Assembly: GCA_964188305.1 (NCBI GenBank)
Contig: OZ076895.1
DNA from: Podarcis bocagei
Lineage: Eukaryota
Strand: one strand, 5' to 3'
DNA: 64,000 nt
Below are positions 46,691 to 58,372 of this stretch, piece by piece (within the stretch, counting starts at the first letter, position 1; each line of letters opens with the position of its first letter). The position numbers and the translations under genes were made by a program. The notes beneath the pieces are model-generated. The model searched no databases. It saw only the letters and a list, made by a program, of their open reading frames with translations, and was not told the origin of the DNA.

Positions 46691-47099
46691 GTTTATTTGT
46701 TACGTCAGCATACATCCCCTAGCAGTAATCAACCTGAAAAAATAATTTTATGGATAATAATAATTCAAGGTATTTTCCATTCAAAAATAAATCATTGAAA
46801 ACATTACCATCCCATGTAACATCAGTGACTTTGTTGTCTGGCTGCATTGAGCATCTGGAAATTATGCATGAAAGGGAGCATGCAGATATGTTAATTAAGA
46901 CAGCCCAAGGTGTTGTAGTTTGGAGATGAAAAGCTTTGGGGTTTCTGATAGCAGGGGTGGGGCAGAGTAAATCATTCCCAGCATTTCCTTATGACTTGTG
47001 AAAGTTTCCTTACCATTGGTCCATCTATCCCGGTATTGGTTCCTATGCCTGCCCCACAAGCCTTGGGCTCTGCTACCTGAAAGCCCTTAACATTTTACA

Positions 47100-47520
47100 A
47101 CTGAGTCCTGGGCCACTTCCTTTTTTGAGAATGATTTTCCTCATCATTTTCACCACTGCATCCAAGCAGTGTCCCAGGGACTGCACAGCCTTTCCTGGTT
47201 CAGATGTTATGGAGAAATATGGTTGAGTGTGATCAGCACACTGACGGCACCTTGCCCCGAAACGCCTAATGACCACTCCCAATGGCTTCGTGTAGATATT
47301 AAATAGCACTGGAGATAAGAGAGTCCCCTGTGGCGTAGCTGCCAGGAAGCCAAAAGGCACTCTTCTGATGCTACTCTCTGGACTCGGTCTTGAAGTACGA
47401 TTGCAGCCCCTAATTTCCATTCCCTGGAGCCGGTCCAGGAGGTTGCTGACGAGAGATCAAGAAGCTGGAGCAAGGTTGCACTCCCCCTGTCTGCAAAGGT
47501 CCTCAGAGAATGCTTGCACC
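47100..47520 (-). mobile_element. Decayed L2-type reverse-transcriptase fragment
   Basis: PQGTLLSPVLFNIY and degenerate YADD (CADHTQ) motifs, with frameshifts. Confidence 0.75.
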
Positions 47521-47986
47521 TGCCCCACCACAGACCTCTTCACTACCTTCCCCCAAAAGAAGGAGTATTTGCAACTGGTCAGTAGTTGTTCCAGTCCAGA
47601 GCTGGTTTCTTCAGGAGCTGTTGCATCACTGCCTGTTTCAATGCAGCAGGGACCACCCCCTCACACAGTGAAGTGTCAAATAAATACATATTAATAAAAC
47701 CCATTCATCATCAGCGAAAACACCAGCAGCAGTATATGCAAATAAAGTATATTGAGAAGTTCTGCCTTTTCCCCCAGTCTGTGGAAAGATATAAAATTCT
47801 GGTGTGAAATAGCTGTCAAGGAGGCCTCTATGATCTTCAGATGGTAATTGCTGGGCATATACTGGCCAGCTTGAGCTGCAGAGAGAGAATTAACCAAGAG
47901 ATGAAAAGAAATCACATGCAATTCTTCTTTTGCAGGTAGAAGCCCTGTGATTTCCGAAGATTACGAGTAACCTGGCTTCAGCATCA

Positions 47987-47998
47987 ATGATGGACCAG
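47987..47998 (+). CDS. BID: BID first coding segment (MMDQ) in exon 2 (exon 47936-47998)
   Basis: Acceptor ttcttcttttgcag; ATG ATG GAC CAG|GTTGGA. Mirrors the short MDCE-coding exon of human BID; phase 0. Confidence 0.8.
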
Positions 47999-48402
47999 GT
48001 TGGAGCAAAAATTATTTGCAAATGATTGTATCGTCTGAAGAAATGTTGAGTTGTTTGTCCAAGAAAAGATATTTTTGAGTCACCTTTTCTAGAAGCCCCT
48101 ACCCCCTTTCCCCCTAAAAGTGTTCAGCAGAACAAAGTTAGGAGCAAGCTGTGGCTCTCAGTTACTCCTGAGCTATGTAGAGACATAGGGAATCCCTGCT
48201 TAGGAGTGGTGGTCCCTGTCTCTTCCAAGTTCTCAAAGTTTACAAATTGCTGCAGTGCACAAGCACAGATCCCATATGTTTAGATAAGTGTTTTCTTGCG
48301 GAAAGCACTGCCCTTTTAAGGCAGCTCTAGCTCAGAATCACTTGAGAATTCAGTCCCGATAGCTGGCTTTGATTGTGCATGCACAACTACGAGGGACCAT
48401 TT

Positions 48403-48546
48403 CCAGAAGAGTAGCTGTGTTAGTCTGTTGCGACAAAAAACAGCAAAGAGGCTTGTGGCACCTTAAAAGACAGGCCGGTTTATTATAGCATAAACTTCCA
48501 CAGACATCGCCTGATGAAATGGACTGTAGTCCACGAAAGCTAATGC
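48403..48546. mobile_element. Penelope-like terminal-repeat fragment with inverted hammerhead-like segment
   Basis: gtagctgtgttagtctg...cttgtggcaccttaa (antisense relative to 16231-16328), followed by CTGATGA-hairpin-GAAAGCT. Confidence 0.65.
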
Positions 48547-49013
48547 TGGCACAAGGCTCAGTCAGGCTGGTCCTTAATCTTATTTTGCAGACATCAAGTG
48601 TGAATTAAAAGATGCCAAGATCGCCTTATTAGCAATGGTGTGATGGTGATTCGAAGACAAGGGCAGTCGAAAAAGAAATGCACTACACTACAACAGAGTT
48701 ACAAAATAACTGCCCCTGGGACACTAGAAACCATACTTGGCTCTGACTCCGGAGAGTTTGACAGTGCCTGGTATTTTTAGTATCTTGAGAGCTGCTAACT
48801 TCCCCTTTTTGTATTTAAATATAAACTGATATTCTCCAGTTTCACAGGGTAAGGTTATAGATATGCATAACCCCTGGATCAAGATAATAAAGGATTTCAT
48901 GCACTAGAACTGCTATTATAAATATTTTTAAATAAGCATTAAATGAAGTTGGCTGCATGCTTGTTTATCATAAATAATACCTGTTCTGTTTCTCTCCCCC
49001 CCCCCCATTATAG

Positions 49014-49200
49014 GGTGATTATAATGGCCCCTTTCAGGAGGCACAGCTAACCAAGATTCTTCTCTACTCCTTCCTGGAGAAGTCTTCCGACTGCGCTTTT
49101 GCTTCAGAGCTTTGTGCTTTGAAAAACCAGTTGGTTTCAGAGCAGGACGATGATGATGAGCTTCAGACAGATGGCAACAGATTTGGGCAACCTGAGGACA
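49014..49200 (+). CDS. BID: BID exon 3 (GDYNGPFQ...DDDDELQTDGNRFGQPED), includes caspase-8 site LQTD/G
   Basis: Acceptor ccattatag; 187 nt; donor ACA|GTAGGT gives the phase 1 required by exon 4. Confidence 0.9.
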
Positions 49201-50080
49201 GTAGGTATTTTATCTTGAGCAAACAAGTTTGGTTTGTTTGTTTGATACCCTGGCTTTTCCCTCAGTGCAGGACCCAAGGCTGCTGACAGCATGAATTAAA
49301 ACAGACAGAACTACAAATATGCAATAAATATAAATATTTTAAGAACAGTTAAATAAATAAAACTATTAAAAATAGCTCTGCAAACAGTTAAGGCCATTTA
49401 AAAGCACACATGCAAAAACGTGCATTATTATCCTGGCTTTTCTGCAAGCAGCTCAGAGCAGTGTACCCCTTGCACACATAATTCTCTCAGTAGCCCTGTG
49501 ATGTAGATTAGGCTGAGAGGCAGTGGCTGCCCTAAGGTTTCCTAGCAAGCTTTGTGGCAGGGATTTGAACCCTGGCCATAAATTCACCATGTAACCACCA
49601 TGCTACGGTGGACACTTGTAGCAAATCCTCTGTGCTGTCCTCCTCAGCTGTCTGTTTGGAACCTAACTTAAACCTTGGGCAGATCCATGCCATGTGTCAC
49701 ATCCAGTGCATTTTTAAAGCGCATGACTTCCCCCCAAAGAATCTAGGGAACTGTAGTTTGTAAAGGGCCCTGTGAGTGGGAAGCTACGGTTCTCAGGATT
49801 CTTTAGGGGAAGTCCTGCTTTAAATGTGTGTTGGGTAGTTCTTCACCTGTGTGGTGTGGATATTCCCCTTATTTATTTGAACAATTTATATACCACTTAG
49901 CTACAGTAGTCTTTCAGTGATTTTTTTTTCAAAGGTGCAATACCAAAAATAACAACTAGTTTTCACTAAAAAAACAAAACATCAGTTAAAATGCCTGCTG
50001 GAATAAAAAAAGCCTTCAGTAGGCCCTGGAAGTTCAGAGAGGAAGAGCAGAGAATTCCATTCTGTTTAATCTTTTTTCAG

Positions 50081-50223
50081 TCATATATTCAGATGAAGAG
50101 GAAATTTTCCGGATTATTGGAGCTCAACTGGCTGAAATCGGAGATCAGCTGGCTGCCGAGATTGACCCATCGCTCATACAGAATCTTGCGCGGCAGTTTA
50201 TGGCGGAGAACATGTCCAAAGAG
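50081..50223 (+). CDS. BID: BID exon 4 with BH3 domain (IIGAQLAEIGDQLAAEI)
   Basis: Acceptor cttttttcag; LxxxGD BH3 core; donor GAG|GTGATT; 143 nt. Confidence 0.93.
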
Positions 50224-50674
50224 GTGATTGAGAGGAATGAAATCTAAGGCTTACTTCAGAGTTTCATCTACCATGATAAGTGAAATCCTGGATCCAAATA
50301 ACTGCTGTGTGGTTTTTCTGGGAACCCTTGCAAAGTCCATGCTTCTCTTGCAGAGGTGACTTGGTGAATGGGATGTATAATAATTACTTCAGCTTTACTG
50401 TTGGGACTGAGGAACATAAAATTGGAGTTGGGAGAGTGAGTTCAGGCATGTTTTGCTGTGGATTCTCCTACAATCTCGTGAGCTAAAAGGCAGTAATTTC
50501 TACTTCAGGAATGCAGGGATATGTCTTCTTCTTGGACAGAGGACAACAAGGCATTCAGCTTAGCTGCAAAACTGGCCCTGGGGCACAACAGTGTTCCATG
50601 AAGCAGGCGAGTCCAAGGCTTGCTCCCACTGCTTCCCTTGGGGTGATTTTTTAAAAGTCCCTCCCCCTGGAAGG

Positions 50675-50817
50675 TAGAATCATAGAATTATAGAGTTGGA
50701 AGGGACCATGAGGATATCTAGCCCAACCCTCTGCAAAGCAGGAATCTTTTTATCCAACTTGGTGCTTGAACCTACATCACTGAGATTAAGAGTCTCATGC
50801 TCTGCCAGCTGAGCTAT
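50675..50817 (-). mobile_element. SINE with tRNA-Lys(CTT)-derived head and CR1 3' tail
   Basis: On -: TAGCTCAGCTGGCAGAGCATGAGACTCTTAATCTCAG...GGTTCAAGC matches tRNA-Lys(CTT); same tail as 15565-15645, with ATTCTATG repeats. Confidence 0.8.
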
Positions 50818-51738
50818 GTCACCAGACTTCCATTATTTCTGTGGAGGGTGTTCTCATAAAAGCAGCCTCCCCATATGTGTAATGAAGCAGGCACAACCTC
50901 GAAAACAGAACATCATTTTTCACTGGAGGAGAATCTTGATTCTATGACTGTAATCTGTAATAGTACTTCTGTTGTGGTGGGAGCATGTTTTAAAGAAAAT
51001 TTAAAACATGGAAGAGGTACAACTGTTGTTTTTTCATCTATTGGTGAGAATTGTTTTAAAAGGAATTACTTGTCAGTTAAGCAAAGGAGTGCCTACTAAC
51101 AACAGATGTTGGAGGTGTGGAGCAAGCAAAGCAAAATTGACCCATGTTGTGGTTCATTTGGCCGGGGGCGGGGTTGGTTGCTTTCATTTATGTTAGAAGG
51201 TGTATTTCCATTTTGATCTCCCCCACAATAAATTGCATTAGGTTACTCACCAGAAATATGGTTATAAATGGAGAAGGCAGTCATTATTTTAAAGTGGGTG
51301 GCCAATGCATGATTATAAAAAAGTAGAATGCAACTTAATGCCACTCAAGCTTCAGTGGTGAAGGCCTATAAACAGTTGACACCTGCAAATTATAATCTAA
51401 AAGTATTTTGTCTTCTTTGAGGAGTTACTTTGCTATTGACATATTATTGGATTGCTGAATTTTGAAATCCGTACATAAATGAACCCATGTATAATTTAGA
51501 AAAAAAAATTAATTAATCTATCGTTGGTGGATGTTAATGATTGTTACACTGATCTTTGATGTTTGGAACTATTGTAATATAAACAGCAAAGGAGCAAAAC
51601 AAAGATCCGCCAAATGCCTCGCGGTGTGTGGGGACAAGGGGGAAGAGAAAATAGGTTTTATTTGTGAGGGATTGGAGTAGAGAGGAACAGAAGAGCAGCA
51701 TTTCAAAGAGGTACATTTCCCCCCTCTCTTTTCTTTAG

Positions 51739-51951
51739 GCAATAACCAATCACCTGTCTCAAGTAGTGAAGGAAGTTGTGCGAAGGATGCCTTTGGAAAT
51801 GGAGCAGGAGAGAGCCATGCTAGTGGTAGCTATGGTTTTAGCCAAAAAAGTAGCAAACACTGTGCCATCTCTTCTACAACAAGTGTTCAGCACAACCGTG
51901 AACTACATCAACCAGAACCTCCGTGATTATGTGAACAACTTGGAACCTGAG
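51739..51951 (+). CDS. BID: BID exon 5 (AITNHLSQVV...MEQERAMLVVAMVLAKKVANTVPSLLQQVFSTTVNYINQNLRDYVNNLEPE)
   Basis: Acceptor ttttctttag; 213 nt, phase 0-0; matches BID MEKEKTMLVLALLLAKKVA...VFHTTVNFINQNL. Confidence 0.95.
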
Positions 51952-52599
51952 GTGATATAAAATAAAATCCAGATGTTGCTATTTAATTATCTCCACGCCC
52001 AGTGAATAATTCAGCCCTACATTGGAAGCTAGGGGGGAAAGGAGTGGTTATTCAGGCCGTGTGAAATGTTGTAGGAAAAGAGTTTGTTGGGTCCCTGATT
52101 TTACATCATGTGTGAATAGGATGCACAACTGGGGCCCATGTACAAGTGGTGCTGCTTGTGGCCAGAGACAAAACAATGGGGCATGACTTATATACAGTCT
52201 CCCCATCTTGCATCCTCACATGCAAGAGGCAGTCACTGCAGTTCAAGTGACACATTCCAGCAAGACAGAAGGACTTGAGGGTGCCCACGGGGGAAATGGA
52301 CTGGGGGAAATCCCGAGGGCCTGAAGATCCATACGTTTCCTCTGTTAGGATGAGGAAATTGAGCATTTTTGACTCTGTTTGGTGTGTTAGCCTTTCCAAG
52401 ATCACCAAATTTTGGGGGCTTGCAAACCAGAGAAAACATTGTTAGCAACACACAGAGAGACCCCTGAAGCTTGTTTCATCAACTGCAAGATTTCAGTTGC
52501 AGCAGGGAGGAGTCAGGGAAGGCTGCTGCAGGCACATGTGTGTCCAGAGATGCCATGTTGGCAATATGTATTCTGACTTGTGAACCTGCCTTCAGTTGG

Positions 52600-52654
52600 A
52601 CCCTAAAGGATGGGCTGGGGAAACCCAGACAGATGGGCGGGGTATAAAGAATAA

Positions 52655-52708
<54 letters not shown>
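52600..52708 (+). mobile_element. Short L2 3'-tail insertion with (TTA)n
   Basis: ggctggggaaacccagacagatgggcggggta matches 45767-45797. Another tail with (TTA)n(CTA)n lies at 20907-21013. Confidence 0.8.
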
Positions 52709-52840
52709 TAATACATACAGGGTGTGTATGAAAGAAAAAGCCTTTTGGCGTTCACTTGTTTGGGAAATACCTAAATATGTGGACCATTGAATAGAACTGT
52801 AGTGGACTGAACATAACTCCCTCTTTTCTTTCTCTTCTAG

Positions 52841-52846
52841 AGGTGA
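52841..52846 (+). CDS. BID: BID terminal coding exon (R*), followed by 3' UTR to ~53690 or ~53990
   Basis: Strong acceptor ctcttttctttctcttctag|AGG TGA. Human BID also ends in a tiny last coding exon. AATAAA at 53671 and 53968. Confidence 0.7.
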   Translation, partial: R

Positions 52847-55800
52847 ATGAAGGGAACACAACATGTCTACCTTTAAGAAATCTTTTTTTTTTTTTTTACC
52901 AGGAAACAGTTAAAAGGAACTGTTTTAAGCTTTGCTTGCAATTTTTACCAATAGTAATTAGTTCCATTGTGCTGCTTACCTTGCTCTAAAGTATGAATTA
53001 TGAATGACATTTTTTTTCTACTTGAAATACTTGGTCCTGCTCTACATCTCAGGAGGCAAGTGGCTATTTTTCTTGGGGTCATGGTGGGAGCAGTCCGTCA
53101 TTCCTTGCAAATGACAAGCTTGGAGCAAAGGGTAGATGTTCTGTTCTGCCAGTTGCCAACTGGATTGGAGTGTTTGGGATCACTTATAAAACTACAAAGC
53201 CTTAATGAGCAATAGCAGGTGCTCCAACCCATCTAAGGACATTACTCTTGGGCATCAGTGAAAGGAATTGCACTAATGTGAAAAAACCTTAGCTTGGGGG
53301 AACAGTGCTGGCTATGTATGCTGCTAGTGCCCCATGGTACCTAGCCTTGGAGCAGCTTCATCTTTCCTGTTGTCTTGGAAACTGGCTCTAAAGAGCCAGT
53401 TGTTGTCCAGTTTTTAGCAGATCATTGTTAATTCAGGTAGTTGATATATATGTATTTGTGTTGCTGTTTGTAAAATTTCAACAATGAAAATTGTTTCCTG
53501 TTTTCTTTTTACATTAGGCAGCAAATTTTACAGCAAAGGTGGTTAACCTGTTGCCCTGGTAGCATGTGTTTCTGGACTCATCCGTGCCACCCAAACAGCC
53601 CAAATGAGTGGGAATGCTGTGGCCACAGGTCACCCACTCTTGCTTTAAATGAAGCTGCCTTGTGGTGTCCAATAAAAATCCCTTAAGGTTGCTCGATTGG
53701 TGGGTTCTGCTCTGTCATGCAAGTGTTTTATTTGCACTTGGGAATTTCCAGCTCATAATAGATTAGGTAGCCCTGGGCTCTTTCTTTGTAAACTTGCCAG
53801 CTCTTGGTATCGGTTTATAAATCTCTTGACATAGTTGCAAGCAGAGGGGTGGGTGTCTGTTTGTGTTTATGCGTGTGGATTGCTGGCCTTCTCCTTACAC
53901 CACCAGCTAAATTTGAAAAGGTGTGTCCCCCCCACCCCACCCTATTGGACCACACCCTATAATCCTGAATAAAATTTTGATTCAGCATTAAGGGTTGAGA
54001 AAGTGTACACAGGGTGTATGTGGGAGTACTGCCTTAATAGTTCTCAATTTTAGACAAATTTACTTGACTTGGGAAAAAGTAAAATGTAGTTCAACTATGG
54101 ACTAATTTGGAATTTTGGAAATGTGTATTCCACATGAGGAGTTCCAAGAAGTCCAACAGTAAAACATGGCTCTTTTTATTAAGAAAAGGAAAGGAAAGGT
54201 TAGCCTATGGAGCTAAAATTGCTTTTTTATTTCTTTCACTTCAGCTCTTTATGGCAGCACAGAAAGAATATTTTGAGAGGTGGGATTTTATGCTGACCCT
54301 TTCATTGTCAAAACTTGAGTGCTCGGGAATGTGGTTTTGATAAATTGATCCTGTATTCCTAATCCCTTTTCTTTCTAGCTGCAGTTCTTGTGTTTCAGAA
54401 TTTAAAGGGAAGCCATTACCAGCAGCCAGAGTGTTAATATTGGTGTTAGAGGAAAAGTGGGTGGAATAACAGATGCAACTCCTGTGGCTCGAACACAGCT
54501 ACCGTACCACAGAAAAATCAAAGGTTTTATACCACCACCCCTCCATCCAGACAAGCAAAAAGCATCATGTGACACTTTCCAGACTGGCAAAAGCAGTAGT
54601 GGGCATGTATGGGGCAGGGGTTAGAGCCCCAAAAGAGCCGTGTGTGTCAGATGGGGAGCTGTGCATGGCCATATTCAATCCTCAGGCCTACCAGCTTACC
54701 CACACCTGTACTAAACAGAAGGAAAAACCACACATCTTTTCTTCAAAACTGACTTTATTAAAGTGCAACTGAGGGCTAGGGGCAATGGGTCTTACAACAA
54801 AGCGCCATCAGCAGAGGAAAAATAAACATACCCCTTCAATTTATAAACAGTAGATGAGGGAGCTGGTAACTCCTTTTTAACACTGGAAATAGCAAGTTTT
54901 TTTAATTCATCAAATGGCACAAAAGGCTTCAGACAGTAATTTTGAAAATGCTGTACTTGCATAAGGAATTAGAAAAATGCAGTTCCTTGAACACTTAACT
55001 GATTTGCATGTCACATCAGTATTTCAGAATGCAAATTTGCTGCTTATTGAAAATCAACCAATTGTTTTAGGAATTCACTAGAAGCAAACACAATTTTTTT
55101 TCTAAAACCTAGTCATAACTCAAATCCTCTATGCTTTTGTATGAACAGGATTGAAATAGGCTTTTAACCCATATGCTGATGAGTTGCTTTTACAGTTTTG
55201 GAGCTCTATAGAGGGGATAAATTGTGGTTTGTTATATAGCCTTTCGTTTATCTCATCTCTTTTGCTCTCACAATCAAAATCCATAATCTTTTAGAGTGCA
55301 ACCAAGCTTCAATCTCTTCCAACATAACTTAAAGCATTATCAGAGGTAAAATAGGTTCTACTTAAATGAGCAATGTCTGAAAGTCTGCATTGGTTTGGTC
55401 TACAATTCTGCTAGGACAGTTCCTAGACAAAATTTGCTTTAAGTCCTCATGATCAGTAGTTAGAGGGCATCACTTAAGGAATAACAATGTAATCAAACTC
55501 AGCTTTCTAGCCGTGGAAATAAAGAGTTCTGGGGTTGATATATGAAGTATTACAAGACAAACCTGCTTTCCTTTAACCACAAATTAAGAGAATTACTGCA
55601 GCAGCTGCAGGAATAGCCTCCTCCCTGTTGCAACTAGCTTCTGGGAAACATAGTTTTTCCAGTAGCTACTGCAGTTTTAGTATGCAACATATCAAACATG
55701 TCTCCCTGAAGCTTCCCTGCTGCTGCCAAACAAGACTGCTACAGCACCAGAAATCAGTGCAGGAGTGGGTGAGAGTTAGGGAATCAATTTTAGATTTACT

Positions 55801-58040
55801 GGGATAAAAGTCCAGCTACTTCCTGCTTTTCTTTTGTTCTTAAATAAGTAACTGGGCTTATTTCAGCCAACTCTAATACAAGCCACAGGGAGCAACACAC
55901 CTATCACCCCTAAGAAAGGTGGTCAAATTAGACTTAAGCTGCTGCTTCTTGCCTTGTTGCTTGCCTGGACAGGAAAGAGGTTTTCAATGGCAGCCACCTG
56001 CCCACTGGATTTTTTTTTGGGGGGGGGGGCTGAGAGAGGATGGCAGCCACACTGTTGTCTGAATGTGCATTTGTGGCTTGGTTTGTATGGTACAGTCTAA
56101 TAATTTTAGTTGTTCCAATGCAGAATTGTAGACCACCCTGCTCATAAATAGTACAGTATATAAATGGGTACCTCTAGGTGACACAATTTCACATGGAATA
56201 CATTTCTAAAAGTCCACCTCTATGCCTGTTACTGCTAACATAATAACACATATGTTCATGATTTCTCCTAAATAGTTTGTTTGCAGCTCCAAAAACCATA
56301 TAGACTCCAGCCTGTTGCCTGTGCTATATGAACATTAACCCTGAGAAGTACTGTTGCCAGAGTATAGAATGTTAGTTGTTAATTTATAAACAGACTAGCC
56401 CTTCTCTAGTGATGCTTCAAGAAAAGCTGTGAAATAACACTGCTTCAAAGCATCCATCTCACTGCTAAAAACAGACATTCGTCTGAACCAACTAAATAAA
56501 TGTATGACTATATATCACAGAATAAGAGAAATTATAGTATGAGACACCTTTACCAAGTCCTATTTCATCTTGAAGCCCTAATATCTTCAGGAAAAGACTA
56601 CCCCCCACACACACTTATTTCAGAAACCTACAGAAAATAGAACAGATTATTACTGGTCAATGGTTGAAAGTGGCAGTTCACAGTTCTACACCCTTTAATC
56701 TTTCATCTAACGTTCTTTTTAGCATTTTGAAACTAGCGAAATTAACAGGTGAAGAATACCAATCTACAGTTGCCCATTGTCTCTCTTGCCCACCCCCGGG
56801 CCAAACACATGACCTTAGTATTGGAAAAAGAAAAACAGTACCGGTTTATCCTAATTAATTTGTAGTGCCTGCTAGAAAAATGAGAATTTGTATTGGCAAT
56901 AGCCCTAGCAGATAAGGGAGGGGCTTATTTCAAAGCATGCATAACTCATATTTAAGAGGGTATGTAGTGGAGAAAGAAGAGTTTTGCAAATATGCACACA
57001 GAGGAAACAACATCCATTTCAAACCATCAAATTTATTGAGAGCTATAGACCATTCCCGTCTATTATCGGTTGAATTGGTCTAATACTAGGGCATCTCTAA
57101 ATACTGAGAACCCAAAATGGTACTATTGAGCTATATTAACTCTTGCAACAATGCTAATATCTAATGACATAGCAGCTATGATTTATTTTACCTTCCTCCA
57201 GCATGGGAGGTTTTTCCCCAAAGGCTTTTGGAGCTATAGCTCAAGAATACTCACTATTGGACAATAGAAAGCAGGCAAATATAAAAAAGGAAAACTGTTA
57301 AAGCCCATTGGAATACACTGAGGCACTTTATTCTGGAAAATGGGTAACAAAGACAGCACTAGAAAAAAGCATTGGAAATTACCTAACCAGGAACTCCCAA
57401 CCGCCATGGCAAAGTTCCCATCCTGCTGAATCAAAAAGCAAAAATTCCCATATGGTTAGAGGACACTTCACATACAGCATTTGTAGGTGTGCATGTAATG
57501 TGGGAAGATAACCTCTTGTGTGCACAAACTATGTATTATACATGCATACTCACCAGGGAGGCGAGACTGGCAGTGGCTTCCTCTCAAATAGCCAACCGAT
57601 AGTAAACCCAGGCTTTCTAACACAACGTGTGTAAGGATACTTCCGCCCTACTTCACAATCATTAGAGCCAAACCCTCATCAACTTGGCTACTGTGCTAAA
57701 ACTATGGCTGACTGCAATTACTTTTGCCATCAGACATCCTGGATGCTCCAAACAATCAAGTGACCATTATAGTAAGATGGAAGACAGTTTTATGGTAAAC
57801 AGGAATGCAGACTGTCATACTGGCAACTATCACTCATTAAATGTAAATCAAAACTACACTGAATAAGGGCCTGCCCAGTGAAGTTTCAGGAGTAAATTGC
57901 AATTACAACAACATGAAATAAGTAATAATAAATTTGAGATTTTGAAAGGTGAATGGATTAAAAATGAAACTAGGCTAAAGCTCAAAGACTCTTAAGAGTG
58001 TCTTTCACCTCCTTACTTTCCCTTTAAATTGCATCTAATT

Positions 58041-58372
58041 AAGAGCCTAGGGCTTGCCGATTAGAAGGTCGGCGGTTCAAATCCCTACAACGGGATGAGC
58101 GCCCGTTGTTCGGTCCTAGTTCCTGCCTGCCTAGCAAGTAAAGTCAAAGTCAAAGTGCAAGTAAATAGGTACCACTCCGGCGGGAAGGTAAACGGTGTTT
58201 CCGTGCGCTGCTCTGGTTTGCCAGAAGCGGCTTAGTCATGCTGGCCACATGACCCAGAAGCTGTCTGTGGACAAATGCCGGCTCCCTTGGCCTACAGAGC
58301 AAGATGAGCGCCGCAACCCCCACAGTCGTCCACGACTGGACCTAACGGTCAGAGTTAACTTTACTTTTACTT
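58041..58372 (+). mobile_element. Sauria SINE, 5'-truncated, antisense within the putative BCL2L13 3' UTR
   Basis: Aligns by eye to 5050-5374 (agcctagggcttgccga...ggacctaacggtcag); degenerate tail. Confidence 0.85.

Noticed and set aside
50750-50820. Functional tRNA-Lys gene (and tRNA-Asn at 15658-15719)
   Set aside because: Acceptor and T stems are mutated and both are fused to CR1 tails, so they are SINE heads.
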